A DNA stretch of 64,000 nt from an uncultured Armatimonadetes bacterium (GTDB lineage: Bacteria > Armatimonadota > UBA5829 > DTJY01), in NCBI GenBank assembly GCA_963717145.1, contig OY970325.1:4288001-4352000 (forward strand), given 5' to 3'. Made by a program: the position numbers and the translations under genes. This document shows positions 50,885 to 61,701 of the stretch, in pieces. The notes below the pieces were generated by a model. The model saw only the letters and a list, made by a program, of their open reading frames with translations, searched no databases and was not told the origin of the DNA. Positions within the stretch are counted from its first letter, which is position 1. Each line of letters opens with the position of its first letter.

Positions 50885-52713
50885 TCCAGGAGGATGATAT
50901 CGGAGTCGTTGCGCACCAGGATCAGCGAGGCCACGCCGCTACCGGCTGGTCCAATGGAACAGATGCCGGTAATGCGCACGAACCTGTCAACCGGGGGTGC
51001 AGTGATCTCAGGCGGAAGGTCCAGTACGATGCTGTCCGAACCGTCGTAGATGACAGCGTCGACGCCGCTCACTGCTGTTGGTATGACGCGTCCCCAGACT
51101 CTGACCAGCAGGCCGACGTTGTTCGGGCCGACGCCGGTCTTGCCAATCTGTCCCGACGCCGGTGGCCCGGCGTGATACTCGAAGTCGGCGCCAACGAGCG
51201 ATCTAGGTCCCATACCGAGCGGATCGAGGCCCGCCGGGTCGCCGACCGTCACCTTGTCGGCCCGTATCTGGCGCTCGACGCCGTTCCTGGTCTCCAGGAA
51301 GCCTGAGACGGATACCGCATGATTCGTCGGTACACTGCCCTCCCACGCTACTCGGATGCCCGCGACTCGATCCTGCTGCTCGATGTAGAAGAAGCCATCG
51401 AATGCCGTGCTGATCACCACGTTCGAGATGCCGACCCGCTCCCCGTCGCACTCCCGCTTGATTTCCACGATGCTATCGAAGGATGGGGCCGGACCATACT
51501 CGTACGCCCCCACATCGAAGCCTCCGCCCTGCGGCCGCAGAACGCCGTCCAGGTCATCCGTTGGCGCGGATACGTCCGTTCCCTTGTCGATGCAGCCCGA
51601 GATAGGCAAGAGGTGATAGTTGCTGAGCGCCATCTGGACAAACAGAGGATCCTTAGTGAGATTCTCGTTCCCCGCCGACGGATCCCAGGCGATCGGATCG
51701 AACGGCTGCGCTCCGTTCTGCCAGAAGTCGGAGTAGACAAACGACGGGTTGGACGCGGCATTCTTGTACGCTCCGCCGCCGATCGGCGACGTACCGAATG
51801 CCACGATCGTATTTCGAAAAGCAGGGCTGGAGGTGACCAGGTAGATGTTCCCGCCGGTCGAAGCGGCGGAATTGGCGGCGATCGTGCAGTTCGTGAACGA
51901 TGGCGACGACATGCTGCAGTATACTCCGGCTTCCATCGGCGCGGAGTTCTCCGCGATCAAGCAGTTCTCGACCGAGGCGGTGGGCCCACTCGACAGGAAC
52001 GATATTCCGCCTCCGCGAGCACTTGCCCCGGTGGCCTCGTTGCCGGTCACAACGCAGCGCTTGATAGTGGGGGATGCGGAGTTGCAGAAGATGCCGGCGT
52101 ATTGAACTGCGGAATTGTTGGCGATAGTGCAGCCGATGATGCTCGCGTTCCCACCGATATAGCAATAGACGCCCTTGTCGGTGTTCTCAGTGATCTCACA
52201 GTCGACGATGGTGGGTGATGACTGATAGCAGTAGACGCCCGAGCCTTTGTTGCCCGTGATCCTGCAGTTCGAGATCGTGGGCGAGACGTAGGAGCAGTAG
52301 ACCCCGCTGCCGTTGGACTTGCCGTTCGTGATGGTGAAACCGTCCATGACGGCGTTGTTCGCCCCATTCACGACGCTTCCCACCTGCCCGCCGTCGATGA
52401 TCGTCTCATTCGCCGCCGGAGATCGCTCAAAGCGGTCGGCTTCAGTGCCGATGAAGCCTCCGTAGAGGTGTCTCCCTGCGCGGAGGATCACATTCTCGGC
52501 GTACGTGCCTGTGGCGACCCAGACCTCGCTGTTGGAGTCCGAGGCGGCATCCAGGCCATTCTGGACGCGCTGGAAGGCAGTCGCCCAGGTGAGGCCGTCG
52601 CCTCCCGATGGCGCATTACAATCGACGAACACCGCGGCGGTGGCGGCTGAGACGCACAGAAGCAGGGTGAATCCGGCCGTCAAGAGTATGCGCAGGTTGC
52701 CTGGCAGTATCAA
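50881..52713 (-). CDS. Right-handed parallel beta-helix (pectin-lyase-like) surface protein with conserved C-terminal ~200-aa domain
   Basis: GDG.TW.TAF..VQ, DGFTITNG, repeated G.YC...SPTI.NC.I..N, DPLF...NYHL..S.CID.G, D.GAYE; AAGGAGG RBS with TTG start. Confidence 0.85.
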   Translation of the reverse strand: MILPGNLRILLTAGFTLLLCVSAATAAVFVDCNAPSGGDGLTWATAFQRVQNGLDAASDSNSEVWVATGTYAENVILRAGRHLYGGFIGTEADRFERSPAANETIIDGGQVGSVVNGANNAVMDGFTITNGKSNGSGVYCSYVSPTISNCRITGNKGSGVYCYQSSPTIVDCEITENTDKGVYCYIGGNASIIGCTIANNSAVQYAGIFCNSASPTIKRCVVTGNEATGASARGGGISFLSSGPTASVENCLIAENSAPMEAGVYCSMSSPSFTNCTIAANSAASTGGNIYLVTSSPAFRNTIVAFGTSPIGGGAYKNAASNPSFVYSDFWQNGAQPFDPIAWDPSAGNENLTKDPLFVQMALSNYHLLPISGCIDKGTDVSAPTDDLDGVLRPQGGGFDVGAYEYGPAPSFDSIVEIKRECDGERVGISNVVISTAFDGFFYIEQQDRVAGIRVAWEGSVPTNHAVSVSGFLETRNGVERQIRADKVTVGDPAGLDPLGMGPRSLVGADFEYHAGPPASGQIGKTGVGPNNVGLLVRVWGRVIPTAVSGVDAVIYDGSDSIVLDLPPEITAPPVDRFVRITGICSIGPAGSGVASLILVRNDSDIILLD

Positions 52714-53007
52714 CGTGATTCCTCCTTTGCCCGTAAGAGTTCACTATCGTCAGGCTGGAGCACATCGAGGCAGGTCCCGGGGGTTGGGGAGACCAGGTAT
52801 TATTATAGCTGTTTGCCGCCAATAAGTCAACACGAAACTTGCTTGATAGCATCTGTCATTCGGGGCAGGTCACTGCCCCGCAAGCGCGATCTCCAGACGA
52901 CTCCGTCGTCGGTCGCCGGCCCCGACGACGGAGTCGTCTGGGGATCGTGTCTTCTTGGAGTTACAACTGTGCTTGGGAGGCTGTATTGCGCTGCTGAGAA
53001 AGCCCCC

Positions 53008-53122
53008 ACCGTCAGTCCTGAGTTCGCCGGTGAATGACGGCGTGTAACGAAGGACGGCTCGGTGCAGCAAGGCCGTCCTTCGTTACACGCCGTCATTCAC
53101 CGGCGAACTCAGGACTGACGGT
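53008..53122. repeat. Palindromic doublet family D, copy 3
   Basis: As copies 1 and 2, with mirrored variants. Confidence 0.92.
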
Positions 53123-53231
53123 AGTTTCTCGCGAAAACAACTGCGAGAGGGATGCAGTGATCCTCTCAGATTGACAGCCGGTTGGTCGCAGTATGGATTT
53201 CCTCGGAGATTTTTCGCGCGAAGTTGGCGAT

Positions 53232-53247
53232 TGGCACGGAACTTGCA
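53232..53247 (+). promoter_or_regulatory. Sigma-54 (-24/-12) promoter
   Basis: TGGCACG-GAAC-TTGCA matches the TGGCACG-N4-TTGCW consensus. Confidence 0.7.
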
Positions 53248-53257
53248 GGTATTCCTA

Positions 53258-53365
53258 CCGGTAAGCAACATCTCTTTCTCCAATCTTACCACGTTTACGT
53301 GCCCGGCATGGCTAGGTCCTGTGGCACGCAGGCCCGTTGGCTCAATAACCCAGCGGGCTTTTTTT
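53258..53365 (+). ncRNA. Candidate small RNA (three hairpins, intrinsic terminator)
   Basis: Lies between the sigma-54 site and terminator; stems GGTAAG/CTTACC, CGTGCC/GGCACG, GCCCGTTGG/CCAGCGGGC + T7. Confidence 0.55.
53332..53365 (+). terminator. Rho-independent terminator
   Basis: GCCCGTTGG-loop-CCAGCGGGC followed by TTTTTTT. Confidence 0.8.
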
Positions 53366-53380
53366 CGTCTCCGCCAAGGT

Positions 53381-53409
53381 TTGACATCAGGGCGTTTATC
53401 CGGTATCAT
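53381..53409 (+). promoter_or_regulatory. Sigma-70-type promoter for bioY
   Basis: TTGACA-N17-TATCAT, then GGAGG RBS. Confidence 0.65.
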
Positions 53410-53452
53410 CCCGGAAGAGTAGTCGAAAGTTGAGACCCCACCTGGAGGACAA

Positions 53453-54065
53453 ATGGCCGGCGATGTAAGAGGATACGCATACCCGAGAACCCGGGTTCAA
53501 AGTAACATCATCAAGTCACTGATGTTTGCGGGTGTCACCGCCGTGAGCGCCCAGATCGCAATCCCCCTGGGATTCACCCCCGTGCCGATCACACTCCAGG
53601 TTTTCGGCGTGCTGCTGTCAGGATTGGTGCTCGGCAGCCGATGGGGCGCCATCAGCCAAATGCAGTACCTGGCGCTCGGCGCGATGGGATTCCCGGTCTT
53701 CGCCGGATTGTCGGGCGGACCGACCGCCTTCTTTGGGCCGTTCGGCGGGCTATCTCGTCGGCTTTGTACCCGGGGCGTTCATCGTGGGATGGGCGTTCGA
53801 GCGGATGGGGGCCGGAAGTCGCTTCGGCGCATGGGTTGCCGGGATCGCAGGTGTCTGCGCCATCTATCTCTGCGGCGCATCATGGCTGGCGGTCTGGTTG
53901 TCGATGTTCTCCTCGAAGGGCCTCACGCTCCATGCCGTCTGGGCGCTGGGAATCGCGCCGTTCATCGGGGTCGATCTGCTGAAGGCGATCGCGGCTTCCG
54001 GGTTGGCCGTCGGGGGGCGCGCCGGCCGCGGGCTGATCCGCTCGTTTGGCGCGTTCGAGCATTGA
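53453..54065 (+). pseudogene. bioY: Biotin transporter BioY, frameshifted near 53741-53749
   Basis: PVPITLQ.FGVLL.G.VLG..WG, Y..LG..G.PVFAG; continues in another frame as GYLVGFV...PFIG.DLLK; may be a sequencing indel. Confidence 0.8.
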
Positions 54066-54493
54066 GACTCCGCGGTCATCACATTCTCTGCCTTCACGGC
54101 TGGCGGGGAATCGGCTACAGCGCGGATTTCACCGCCAACATGCACTCCATCTGCGACCGCCTGAAATCATCGCCGGATATGCTCGTACAGGTTCTCGATT
54201 CGCCCGACGATATCTGTGCCTCGTGCCCTCATGTGTCGAATGCGCGATGTGTTAGGAGTGGGGACGAGAGCGAGGACCGCATCAGCCGCAAGGACGCAGC
54301 CATCCTGCATATCCTCGACCTTGCACCCGGCGACCGGTTGACCGCCAGGGAGCTGTTCACGCTTGCTTCCGAGCGGTTTGGGGAGGACGGGCTCAGGGGT
54401 GTCTGCGGGTCATGCCGGTGGTTCGGCTTCGGATGGTGCGAGCAGGGCATCCGCGACCGAGTGATGCTTCGGGGGCCGGCGGATACCACCTGA
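54062..54493 (+). CDS. DUF1284-like Cys-rich protein
   Basis: LRGHHILC...W.G.GYS..F..NM, DDIC..CP, C..C.W...C; TTG start overlapping the bioY stop. Confidence 0.8.
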   Translation: MRLRGHHILCLHGWRGIGYSADFTANMHSICDRLKSSPDMLVQVLDSPDDICASCPHVSNARCVRSGDESEDRISRKDAAILHILDLAPGDRLTARELFTLASERFGEDGLRGVCGSCRWFGFGWCEQGIRDRVMLRGPADTT

Positions 54494-54499
54494 AGGCTG

Positions 54500-55591
54500 C
54501 TATGGCGCGTCCGGCTTCTGTTCCGGGAGGGGACTCGCATTGTCGCTCGGTAACACAGGCTCGGGCAGTGCGAGCGGCACGTCCGTCATCGTCGGAGTCG
54601 GTTCGTATGTCGGGATCGAAAGCTCGAGCGGATTCGCCACCGGTTCTCCTGACGAAGCATGCACCAGCACGACCTTGTTCCTCGGCCTCATGACATCCCT
54701 GCTGATCAACTCGTGCGCCACGACCTTGCAGTCCTGCCTGGTGATCCGCACGATTGTGACGGAGTAGCCCGGCTTGCCCTTTGTTTCGACGACGGGCTCG
54801 CCCTCTGGGACGGTCGCGTCTTCCTTCTGCGTCACATCATACGCGATCGGCTCGAAACCCTCGGCGGCAATCTCGATCTCGCGGCCCGGCTGCTTCCTGC
54901 CGTAGAATGCCACTACCAGTTTGCCATCTGATACTATCGAGCGGATGAGCACGACTCCGCCGGTATTGTTCTTGAACTGGAGATCGAGCGCTCCATAAGC
55001 GACGGCACTGTCGCGACCGGGATCCGCATAGGCCACTGGGCCTGAGTGCGGATGGCGCTCGATGATCTTCATACCCGTCTCGAGCGCCACGTTGTAGAGG
55101 ACAGTCGCTGTAATGCATATCCCGCCGCCGACCCCGCTGACCAGTTGCCCGCTCGAGTACATCAGCCCCGATTGGTAGCCGCGTTCGGTCGTGCGGATTC
55201 CGACGATCTTGTTGAATGAAAACGTCTCGTTCCGATGGAGAACCGTGAAATCCACCGCTTCAGCCGAGAGGTGGACATTGATGGCCGATTCGTCATCCCG
55301 CCCTGTCAGATCGAGCACCCGAACGCCGAGCAGCGCGGTCGCCTCAGGTGTGAATGCCTTCTCCAGGACGGCATCGCGGGCCTCGCCCGATACCGGAATG
55401 GCTTGCTGCCCGGAGATCCCGGGGAGACCCACGGCTGTTCTCGCCGAGATCGGAGTTGTCTCCATGCCTGCCAGGGGAGCAGTCGCCAACTCGTAGGCAA
55501 CGAGTCCGCCGACTGCCAGAATCGAAGCCGCATATAGCAGAAAACCTCTTCTCACCGAAGCCTCCGGATGCAGTTCTACCTGTGCCGACAT
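54500..55591 (-). CDS. VanW-family protein with G5-like domain
   Basis: FSFN..VG.RT..RGY, GGGIC..AT.LYN..L..G..I.ER.PHS, Y..PGRD.AV, DL.FKN. Confidence 0.88.
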   Translation of the reverse strand: MSAQVELHPEASVRRGFLLYAASILAVGGLVAYELATAPLAGMETTPISARTAVGLPGISGQQAIPVSGEARDAVLEKAFTPEATALLGVRVLDLTGRDDESAINVHLSAEAVDFTVLHRNETFSFNKIVGIRTTERGYQSGLMYSSGQLVSGVGGGICITATVLYNVALETGMKIIERHPHSGPVAYADPGRDSAVAYGALDLQFKNNTGGVVLIRSIVSDGKLVVAFYGRKQPGREIEIAAEGFEPIAYDVTQKEDATVPEGEPVVETKGKPGYSVTIVRITRQDCKVVAHELISRDVMRPRNKVVLVHASSGEPVANPLELSIPTYEPTPTMTDVPLALPEPVLPSDNASPLPEQKPDAP

Positions 55592-55691
55592 GCTGCCGAC
55601 GGCACACAACGAAAGTATTGTACCACATTCCCCGGTAATTTTGCCAGGCTCCGTCACGAAAAGGTCACAAAAAGGTGAATGATTTGACCGT

Positions 55692-57047
55692 GTTGCCTCA
55701 TTTAACTTTGTTACCGAAACGCCATTCGTTGCGTCATTGATAATGTTACCAAGTAGTGTGTTCAAGTATGTCAGATCGGCTCTTGATCGCCGCTCAGGGC
55801 CGCGCCTTGCTCGCTTTCGATCTGTCTTTATTCGGCATCCTGTCAAGCTTTGATGATAGCCTGTGGATGCGTCTTAGTAGCTCCACCGGGTTCGTCGCTC
55901 TACGTTCTTTATCGAGGCGATCCTTTGCTTCATCGTCAAGCCATCCTTCAACACTTATCAGCTTGCGGTACGGCGTCATCGCAGGCTCATAGCGTTTGAT
56001 CACTTTACTCCCAATCCGCTCCTTTTCTTTAAGACGCATCATGGGCTGACAGAAGTTGTGATACGCCACGATCAGCGGATATATCGCCTTTAGTACCGCA
56101 AGCTGCTCGTCCGTCTCGAATCGCCGGTAACCTATAAACTGCCGGACTACGCTCCAGTTCTTCTGCTCTACATGACATTGATCGTTCTTCTTGTAAGGCC
56201 GACTGCGCGTAAACGTGATCCTGTGCGCTCGACAGTACTTGTTCATGTGATGGTTGATGAACTCGCCGCCGTTGTCGGTATCTATGCCTCTGACTGCAAA
56301 CGGTGCGCTCTTGGACGCGGACTGCACCGCAAGCACGGTTCCGTGCTCCCCTCGGCCTTTCATTCCATCAAGCGCTACCCATCCGGTCGCTACATCAGTC
56401 ATAGTCAAAGTATACAGGAACTCTCCGCTCCCGTCACCTCCGCAATGACCCACCAAGTCCATCTCGAAGAACCCAGGCTCAGCTTCATCCCAGTCGGCAA
56501 ACGTCCTCACCGGGATCTGAGACCGAAGCAGTGTCCCCGGCTTTGTTAAGGTCCTCCCTGTTAGCGATAGGGCAGACCGCTCCTTCTTCATCAACCTGTC
56601 GATGCTCGACGCGCTGATCGAGTTAAGCAGCCTCTCTTCTTCTGGTGTAACCGTTATCTCCCCGAATGACTCCAGTATGGGTAGAAACTCAGTCAGAAAC
56701 GGCTGCAGACGCTTACCGCACGCGTAGAAACTCGCAGCCCAGAGTGTCTTCAGCTTGTGGGCTATCGGCTCGTATTTCGACTTCCTTGCGCGTCTCACTG
56801 GACTCCTCGCTGGTGGAACTCCTTTCGCGAACAGCCTCACCAGCGACTTCCTGTGGTAACCGGTCAATCCCTGGACTTCACTCAATACCAGCTTCTTCTC
56901 CGATTTGGTGGCTTTGCCATATTCTTTGCGTTTGCGCCTCACGACTTCTCTTACGGATGCAGTTGTCATCTTCTCCATGCCTCAGTTTCGGTAACATTCT
57001 TATCTGAGGCAACGTTTCCGTTTCGGTAACATCGTTCGTGAAGCAAT
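55692..57047 (-). mobile_element. Unclassified IS (rve integrase core, ISNCY-like); exact ends not determined
   Basis: Lower GC; two GGTAACA-N7/8-TGANGCAA motifs at each end in inverted orientation. Confidence 0.7.
55794..56978 (-). CDS. DDE integrase-core transposase
   Basis: PGFFEMDLV.HCG, TDVATGW, DTDNGGEFIN, FTRSRPYKKND..HVEQKN. Confidence 0.9.
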   Translation of the reverse strand: MEKMTTASVREVVRRKRKEYGKATKSEKKLVLSEVQGLTGYHRKSLVRLFAKGVPPARSPVRRARKSKYEPIAHKLKTLWAASFYACGKRLQPFLTEFLPILESFGEITVTPEEERLLNSISASSIDRLMKKERSALSLTGRTLTKPGTLLRSQIPVRTFADWDEAEPGFFEMDLVGHCGGDGSGEFLYTLTMTDVATGWVALDGMKGRGEHGTVLAVQSASKSAPFAVRGIDTDNGGEFINHHMNKYCRAHRITFTRSRPYKKNDQCHVEQKNWSVVRQFIGYRRFETDEQLAVLKAIYPLIVAYHNFCQPMMRLKEKERIGSKVIKRYEPAMTPYRKLISVEGWLDDEAKDRLDKERRATNPVELLRRIHRLSSKLDRMPNKDRSKASKARP

Positions 57048-57198
57048 TCGATGACTTGAAATCCTTACTCCATTCTGCTAGAATGCTCCCCGGAGGACAG
57101 GCGGCCGCAATGGTGCCTCTGACCGCGCCGTATTGTCTGCACCACCTGCGATACAGCGTCGGCATGGGTTCCTAGTGCATTTGCACCTAAGCCTGGTC

Positions 57199-58237
57199 AT
57201 GAAAACCGTGCCTGGACAGAACACACCACTCGGATTCCTGCCTGGCGAAGTGGACGTTGGCGCCCACTGCATGTTCATCTACCCCAAGAGAGACGCCGTC
57301 TACTGCGACCGCGTTGCCGCCTATATCAAGGCGGGTCTCGATGTCGGCGAGATGTGCGTCTGCGCCTCCCCGGTGGCTGTCGATTCGATGCTGGGTCACA
57401 TGCAGTCACTCGGTGTGGACACCGAGTATGCCGTGAGGACCGGGCAACTTGGCGTCTACGATTCCTCCAAGGTCTACGTTCACGAGGGTGTTCTTGATCT
57501 CCGCCGAACGATGGCCTTCTGGGCGCAGAGGATCGAGGCCGCCGGTAAGCAGTGGAACGGCATACGCATCTTTGGTGAGCCCAGTCATGGGTCTGGATAG
57601 CCGTACCATGCGCCTCAAGTTGCTGGAATACGAATCGAGGGTGAATTTGTCCTCATCGCGGATCAATATGGCGCTCTGTGGCTACGAGTCGAGCACCACT
57701 CCGCGCGCCCTGCTGGTACAGATGAAGAGCCTGCATCCGTTCCTCGCCAGTGTTCGGAGTCTAAAGACCAACCGCGGGTATGTCGAGCCGGGCCGCTTCT
57801 TCACGACGTTCTACCGGTTCCAGCGTGTCTCCAGGACCTACCCGGCCGGCGCACAATACGCGACGGAATGTCGCCGGCACTTCGAGGAACTCGCCGCTCG
57901 CACACCGATGACGATGCCGGAGATCGAGGACATGAAGTTGGCGCTGGGTGAGGCGTTCACCAATGCCCTGGAGCATGGATGCGCAGGATTGGCCCAGGAA
58001 CGATGTCATGTCCACGTCGGTTTCTTCCCACAGACCACCGGCTTCACGATAGAGGTTCGCGACCACGGCCGGGGATGTCCGTCACCCGCCGAGGATGGTC
58101 TCTCCGAACCGTCCGGACTCCATGGCAGGGGAATCCTTCTCATGCGCAACCTCGTGTCCGATATGGGCATCGAGCGCAGGAAAAACAGCACGGTGGTCAC
58201 GCTCCATACGGCATACTCCTCCCCCTTTGCGAACTGA
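57199..58237 (+). pseudogene. MEDS domain + HATPase_c (RsbW-like) regulator, frameshifted near 57580
   Basis: H...IY, YIKAGL..GE, GIRIFGE | YESRVN...LCGY...HP, EAFTNALEHG, DHGRG, GRGILLM; may be a sequencing indel. Confidence 0.75.
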
Positions 58238-58360
58238 CCGCTGAGCCGCCGCTGGTTCCGGCCTCAATCCCGGTAAACTCCACAGGTAAGCCTCCATCAC
58301 AGACTCCCCGATAATGGCTAATGGAAATGCCCCGAGGGCTTCTTGTGAGGAGGTCGTTCA

Positions 58361-58540
58361 ATGTCTGAGTGCAATTTCTGGTGGAGAGCGGGCGACGTAC
58401 AGTGGTGCGATATGGTCGGCGAACTATGTCAGTGCTCGGGCTGGGACGAGAAATGCGATATGAAGCGCCGGCAGAGCCAGGCCGTCAAGGCGAAGCACCT
58501 GGCGAAAGTGCGAGCCAGCCGCGAGGACGATGACGACTAG
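58361..58540 (+). CDS. Cys/Trp-rich 59-aa small protein (not in ORF track)
   Basis: GAGGAGGT RBS 6 nt before ATG; MSECNFWWRAGDVQWCDMVGELCQCSGWDEKCDMKRR...EDDDD. Confidence 0.65.
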   Translation: MSECNFWWRAGDVQWCDMVGELCQCSGWDEKCDMKRRQSQAVKAKHLAKVRASREDDDD

Positions 58541-58552
58541 ACGGCAGTCCGG

Positions 58553-59209
58553 TCACTCGAGCATCCCCAGCCGAAGCTCGTGTCCGTCGAGCGACTCATC
58601 GACGCCCTGAGCCAGCCGCAGGAAGTCCGACACGACTCCCGCAAGGGCAGGCGGCGTGCATCGGGCGCCGGCCAGTTCCAGAGGGTGGAACATCAACTGC
58701 AGTGGGACCGGCCCATGCGGCGGGATCGGTGGCTGATGGTAATCATATCCCTCGATCAGTCGCGCGCCGAGCCGCTGGTAGAACCGTATTCGCCTGAGCG
58801 GGTCTCCGTATAACGGGTGTGCCTCCGTGGTCAGCCTCTCGACCTCGAAGATCATCCCCTTGAGGCTCATACCCAGGTCGCTCGCATCCCGATTGAGTAT
58901 TTCGAGCGACTCCCGATACAGCCTGCCACCCAGGCCCGACCCACGGGTGTCCGGATCCACGCAGATGTACCACAAGTATCCGAGCGACGCCTCCGGAAAC
59001 AGGGCGAAAATGCTTATCCCCGGCACACTGTCGCCGTCCAACGCGACGATCAGCCGCGACAGGCGCTTGCCATTCGGAGACACTAGTTCCTCGCTGATCT
59101 TCTCGAACGGCCGCAGCTCCTCCGGCGGAAACGAAGCCTCGTAGAGCGAGCGTATCTGCCCCATCAGCTCTTCCGAGCCCGTGGTAATCTGACGAATCTC
59201 GATCGGCAA
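58553..59209 (-). CDS. GNAT-family N-acetyltransferase
   Basis: LYEASFPPEE, YICVDP.TRGSGLGG, RIRFYQRLG. Confidence 0.85.
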   Translation of the reverse strand: MPIEIRQITTGSEELMGQIRSLYEASFPPEELRPFEKISEELVSPNGKRLSRLIVALDGDSVPGISIFALFPEASLGYLWYICVDPDTRGSGLGGRLYRESLEILNRDASDLGMSLKGMIFEVERLTTEAHPLYGDPLRRIRFYQRLGARLIEGYDYHQPPIPPHGPVPLQLMFHPLELAGARCTPPALAGVVSDFLRLAQGVDESLDGHELRLGMLE

Positions 59210-59465
59210 TGGGAGAACCTCTAATGCATAATAAGTAATGAGTAACTGGCGGAGTTTGTAAGCAGTCCGGGTTACTTGTTACCTATTAGCCTTTGGAGAC
59301 GCCGATTCCTCCCACTTGGAGTGCGACCCTCACCCCCAACCCCTCTCCCGGAGGGCGAGGGGAGTGCGGGTCCGCACTCCGAAGTCTTGACACTCGACGG
59401 TGCAGTCGAGTATCATCTGACCAGTTATAGCCATCTGTGGATCGGCTGAGATGCCGGAGGGAACG

Positions 59466-60398
<933 letters not shown>

Positions 60399-60480
60399 TG
60401 AACGCCCGCCGTCGCGTTCAGACCTGCACGAACGGAACGGGACAGCGCCCGTTCCCTACACCCGTCAGAAAGAAGATAAC

Positions 60481-61701
60481 ATGAGTACCACCGTTTCCAT
60501 CGAGCGCGTGACCGGCCCGGTCAGCGCAGACAGCATCCTCGACGCCGTGCGCCGGGCCGTGAAGTCGGCTGCCGGCAACGAGCCGCTGATCCATCAGGGC
60601 GACACCGTCCTGCTCAAGCCGAACATCTTCTGCCCGAGTCCCGCGCCCCTGACCACCGATCCGCGCGTCGTGGCGGCGATGGTGACCGTCGCCCTCGAAC
60701 TCGGAGCCGGCGACGTGATCGTGGGCGAGGGGAGGAGCATCTCGACCGCCAAGTACCGCAAGGCGAACAACACTACACGCCTCTGCTCCGAGGCGATCGG
60801 GATGACGCAGGCGGTCGAGGCGGCCGGCGGAAGGATGCTTTTCTTCGAGGAGGCCGAGCGGGTCGAGGTCGAAGTCCCCGGCGGACTGGTGCTCAAGAAG
60901 GTGAACGTCCCGAAGATCGCGCTCGATGCCGATGTCTTCATCGACATGCCCGTGCTCAAGATCCACAGCCTCACGTTCGTTACGCTTGGGATCAAGAACC
61001 TGCACGGCGTCATCTCGGACGACGACAAGCTCTTCGGACACAGCTATCCCGCGCTCCCCGAGAAGCTGACCGACTTCCTCCGCGTGCGCAAGCCCGACCT
61101 GACCGTGATGGACGCCGTCGTCGGCTTGGAAGGCGATCATGCCGAGGAGGGCACGCCCGTCCCGATGGGCCTGATCTTTGCGGGCAGGGATGTCGTCGCG
61201 GTCGATGCGGTCGCATGCTCGGTGATCGGCTTCGACCCGATGGAGGTCGATATCAACCGTGTCGCCGCGGAGCAGGGCCTGGGAGTCGCGGACCTCTCGG
61301 CGATCGAGGTGCTAGGCGAGAGCATCGAGAGCGTGCGCAGGCCGTTCAGGCGTCCCGATGTCGTCTTGGACAAGGAGCTGTTCCCCGGCCTGTCGATCAT
61401 CGCCGGCGAGTATTGCCGCTCGTGCGAGTACTACATCCGGCGCGGACTCGATAAGCTGAAGGACGCGGGGTTCTTCGATGGGGAGCCCAAGCTGACGATC
61501 GTCCTGGGCAAGGAGCCGGACGCTCCGGAGGACATTCCGGGCAGGGTTATCATGCTGGGCGACTGCTGTCTCGGCTCGAAGTCGATCGTCCGCCTCCGGA
61601 ACCATCTGCTGCTCGACGGCCGCCTGCAAATGGTCTACTCCTGCCCGCCGATGCAGTTCCGCATCCGCGCGCTGGACATGGTGAAGGACGAGAATCCGTA
61701 G
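60481..61701 (+). CDS. DUF362 domain Fe-S protein
   Basis: VLLKPN, TTDP.VV, P.LK.H....TLGIKNL.G, D.VAVD, C..C. Confidence 0.85.
   Translation: MSTTVSIERVTGPVSADSILDAVRRAVKSAAGNEPLIHQGDTVLLKPNIFCPSPAPLTTDPRVVAAMVTVALELGAGDVIVGEGRSISTAKYRKANNTTRLCSEAIGMTQAVEAAGGRMLFFEEAERVEVEVPGGLVLKKVNVPKIALDADVFIDMPVLKIHSLTFVTLGIKNLHGVISDDDKLFGHSYPALPEKLTDFLRVRKPDLTVMDAVVGLEGDHAEEGTPVPMGLIFAGRDVVAVDAVACSVIGFDPMEVDINRVAAEQGLGVADLSAIEVLGESIESVRRPFRRPDVVLDKELFPGLSIIAGEYCRSCEYYIRRGLDKLKDAGFFDGEPKLTIVLGKEPDAPEDIPGRVIMLGDCCLGSKSIVRLRNHLLLDGRLQMVYSCPPMQFRIRALDMVKDENP

Noticed and set aside
52979-53179. IS-end shell around family D copy 3 (GGCTGT...ACAGCC)
   Set aside because: Only a 6-bp inverted match and no target duplication; too weak to call.
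53453-54493. BioY-DUF1284 fusion protein (346-aa ORF)
   Set aside because: Artefact of a one-base frameshift. The true BioY C-terminus is in another frame ending at 54065, and the intervening translation is nonsense-like.
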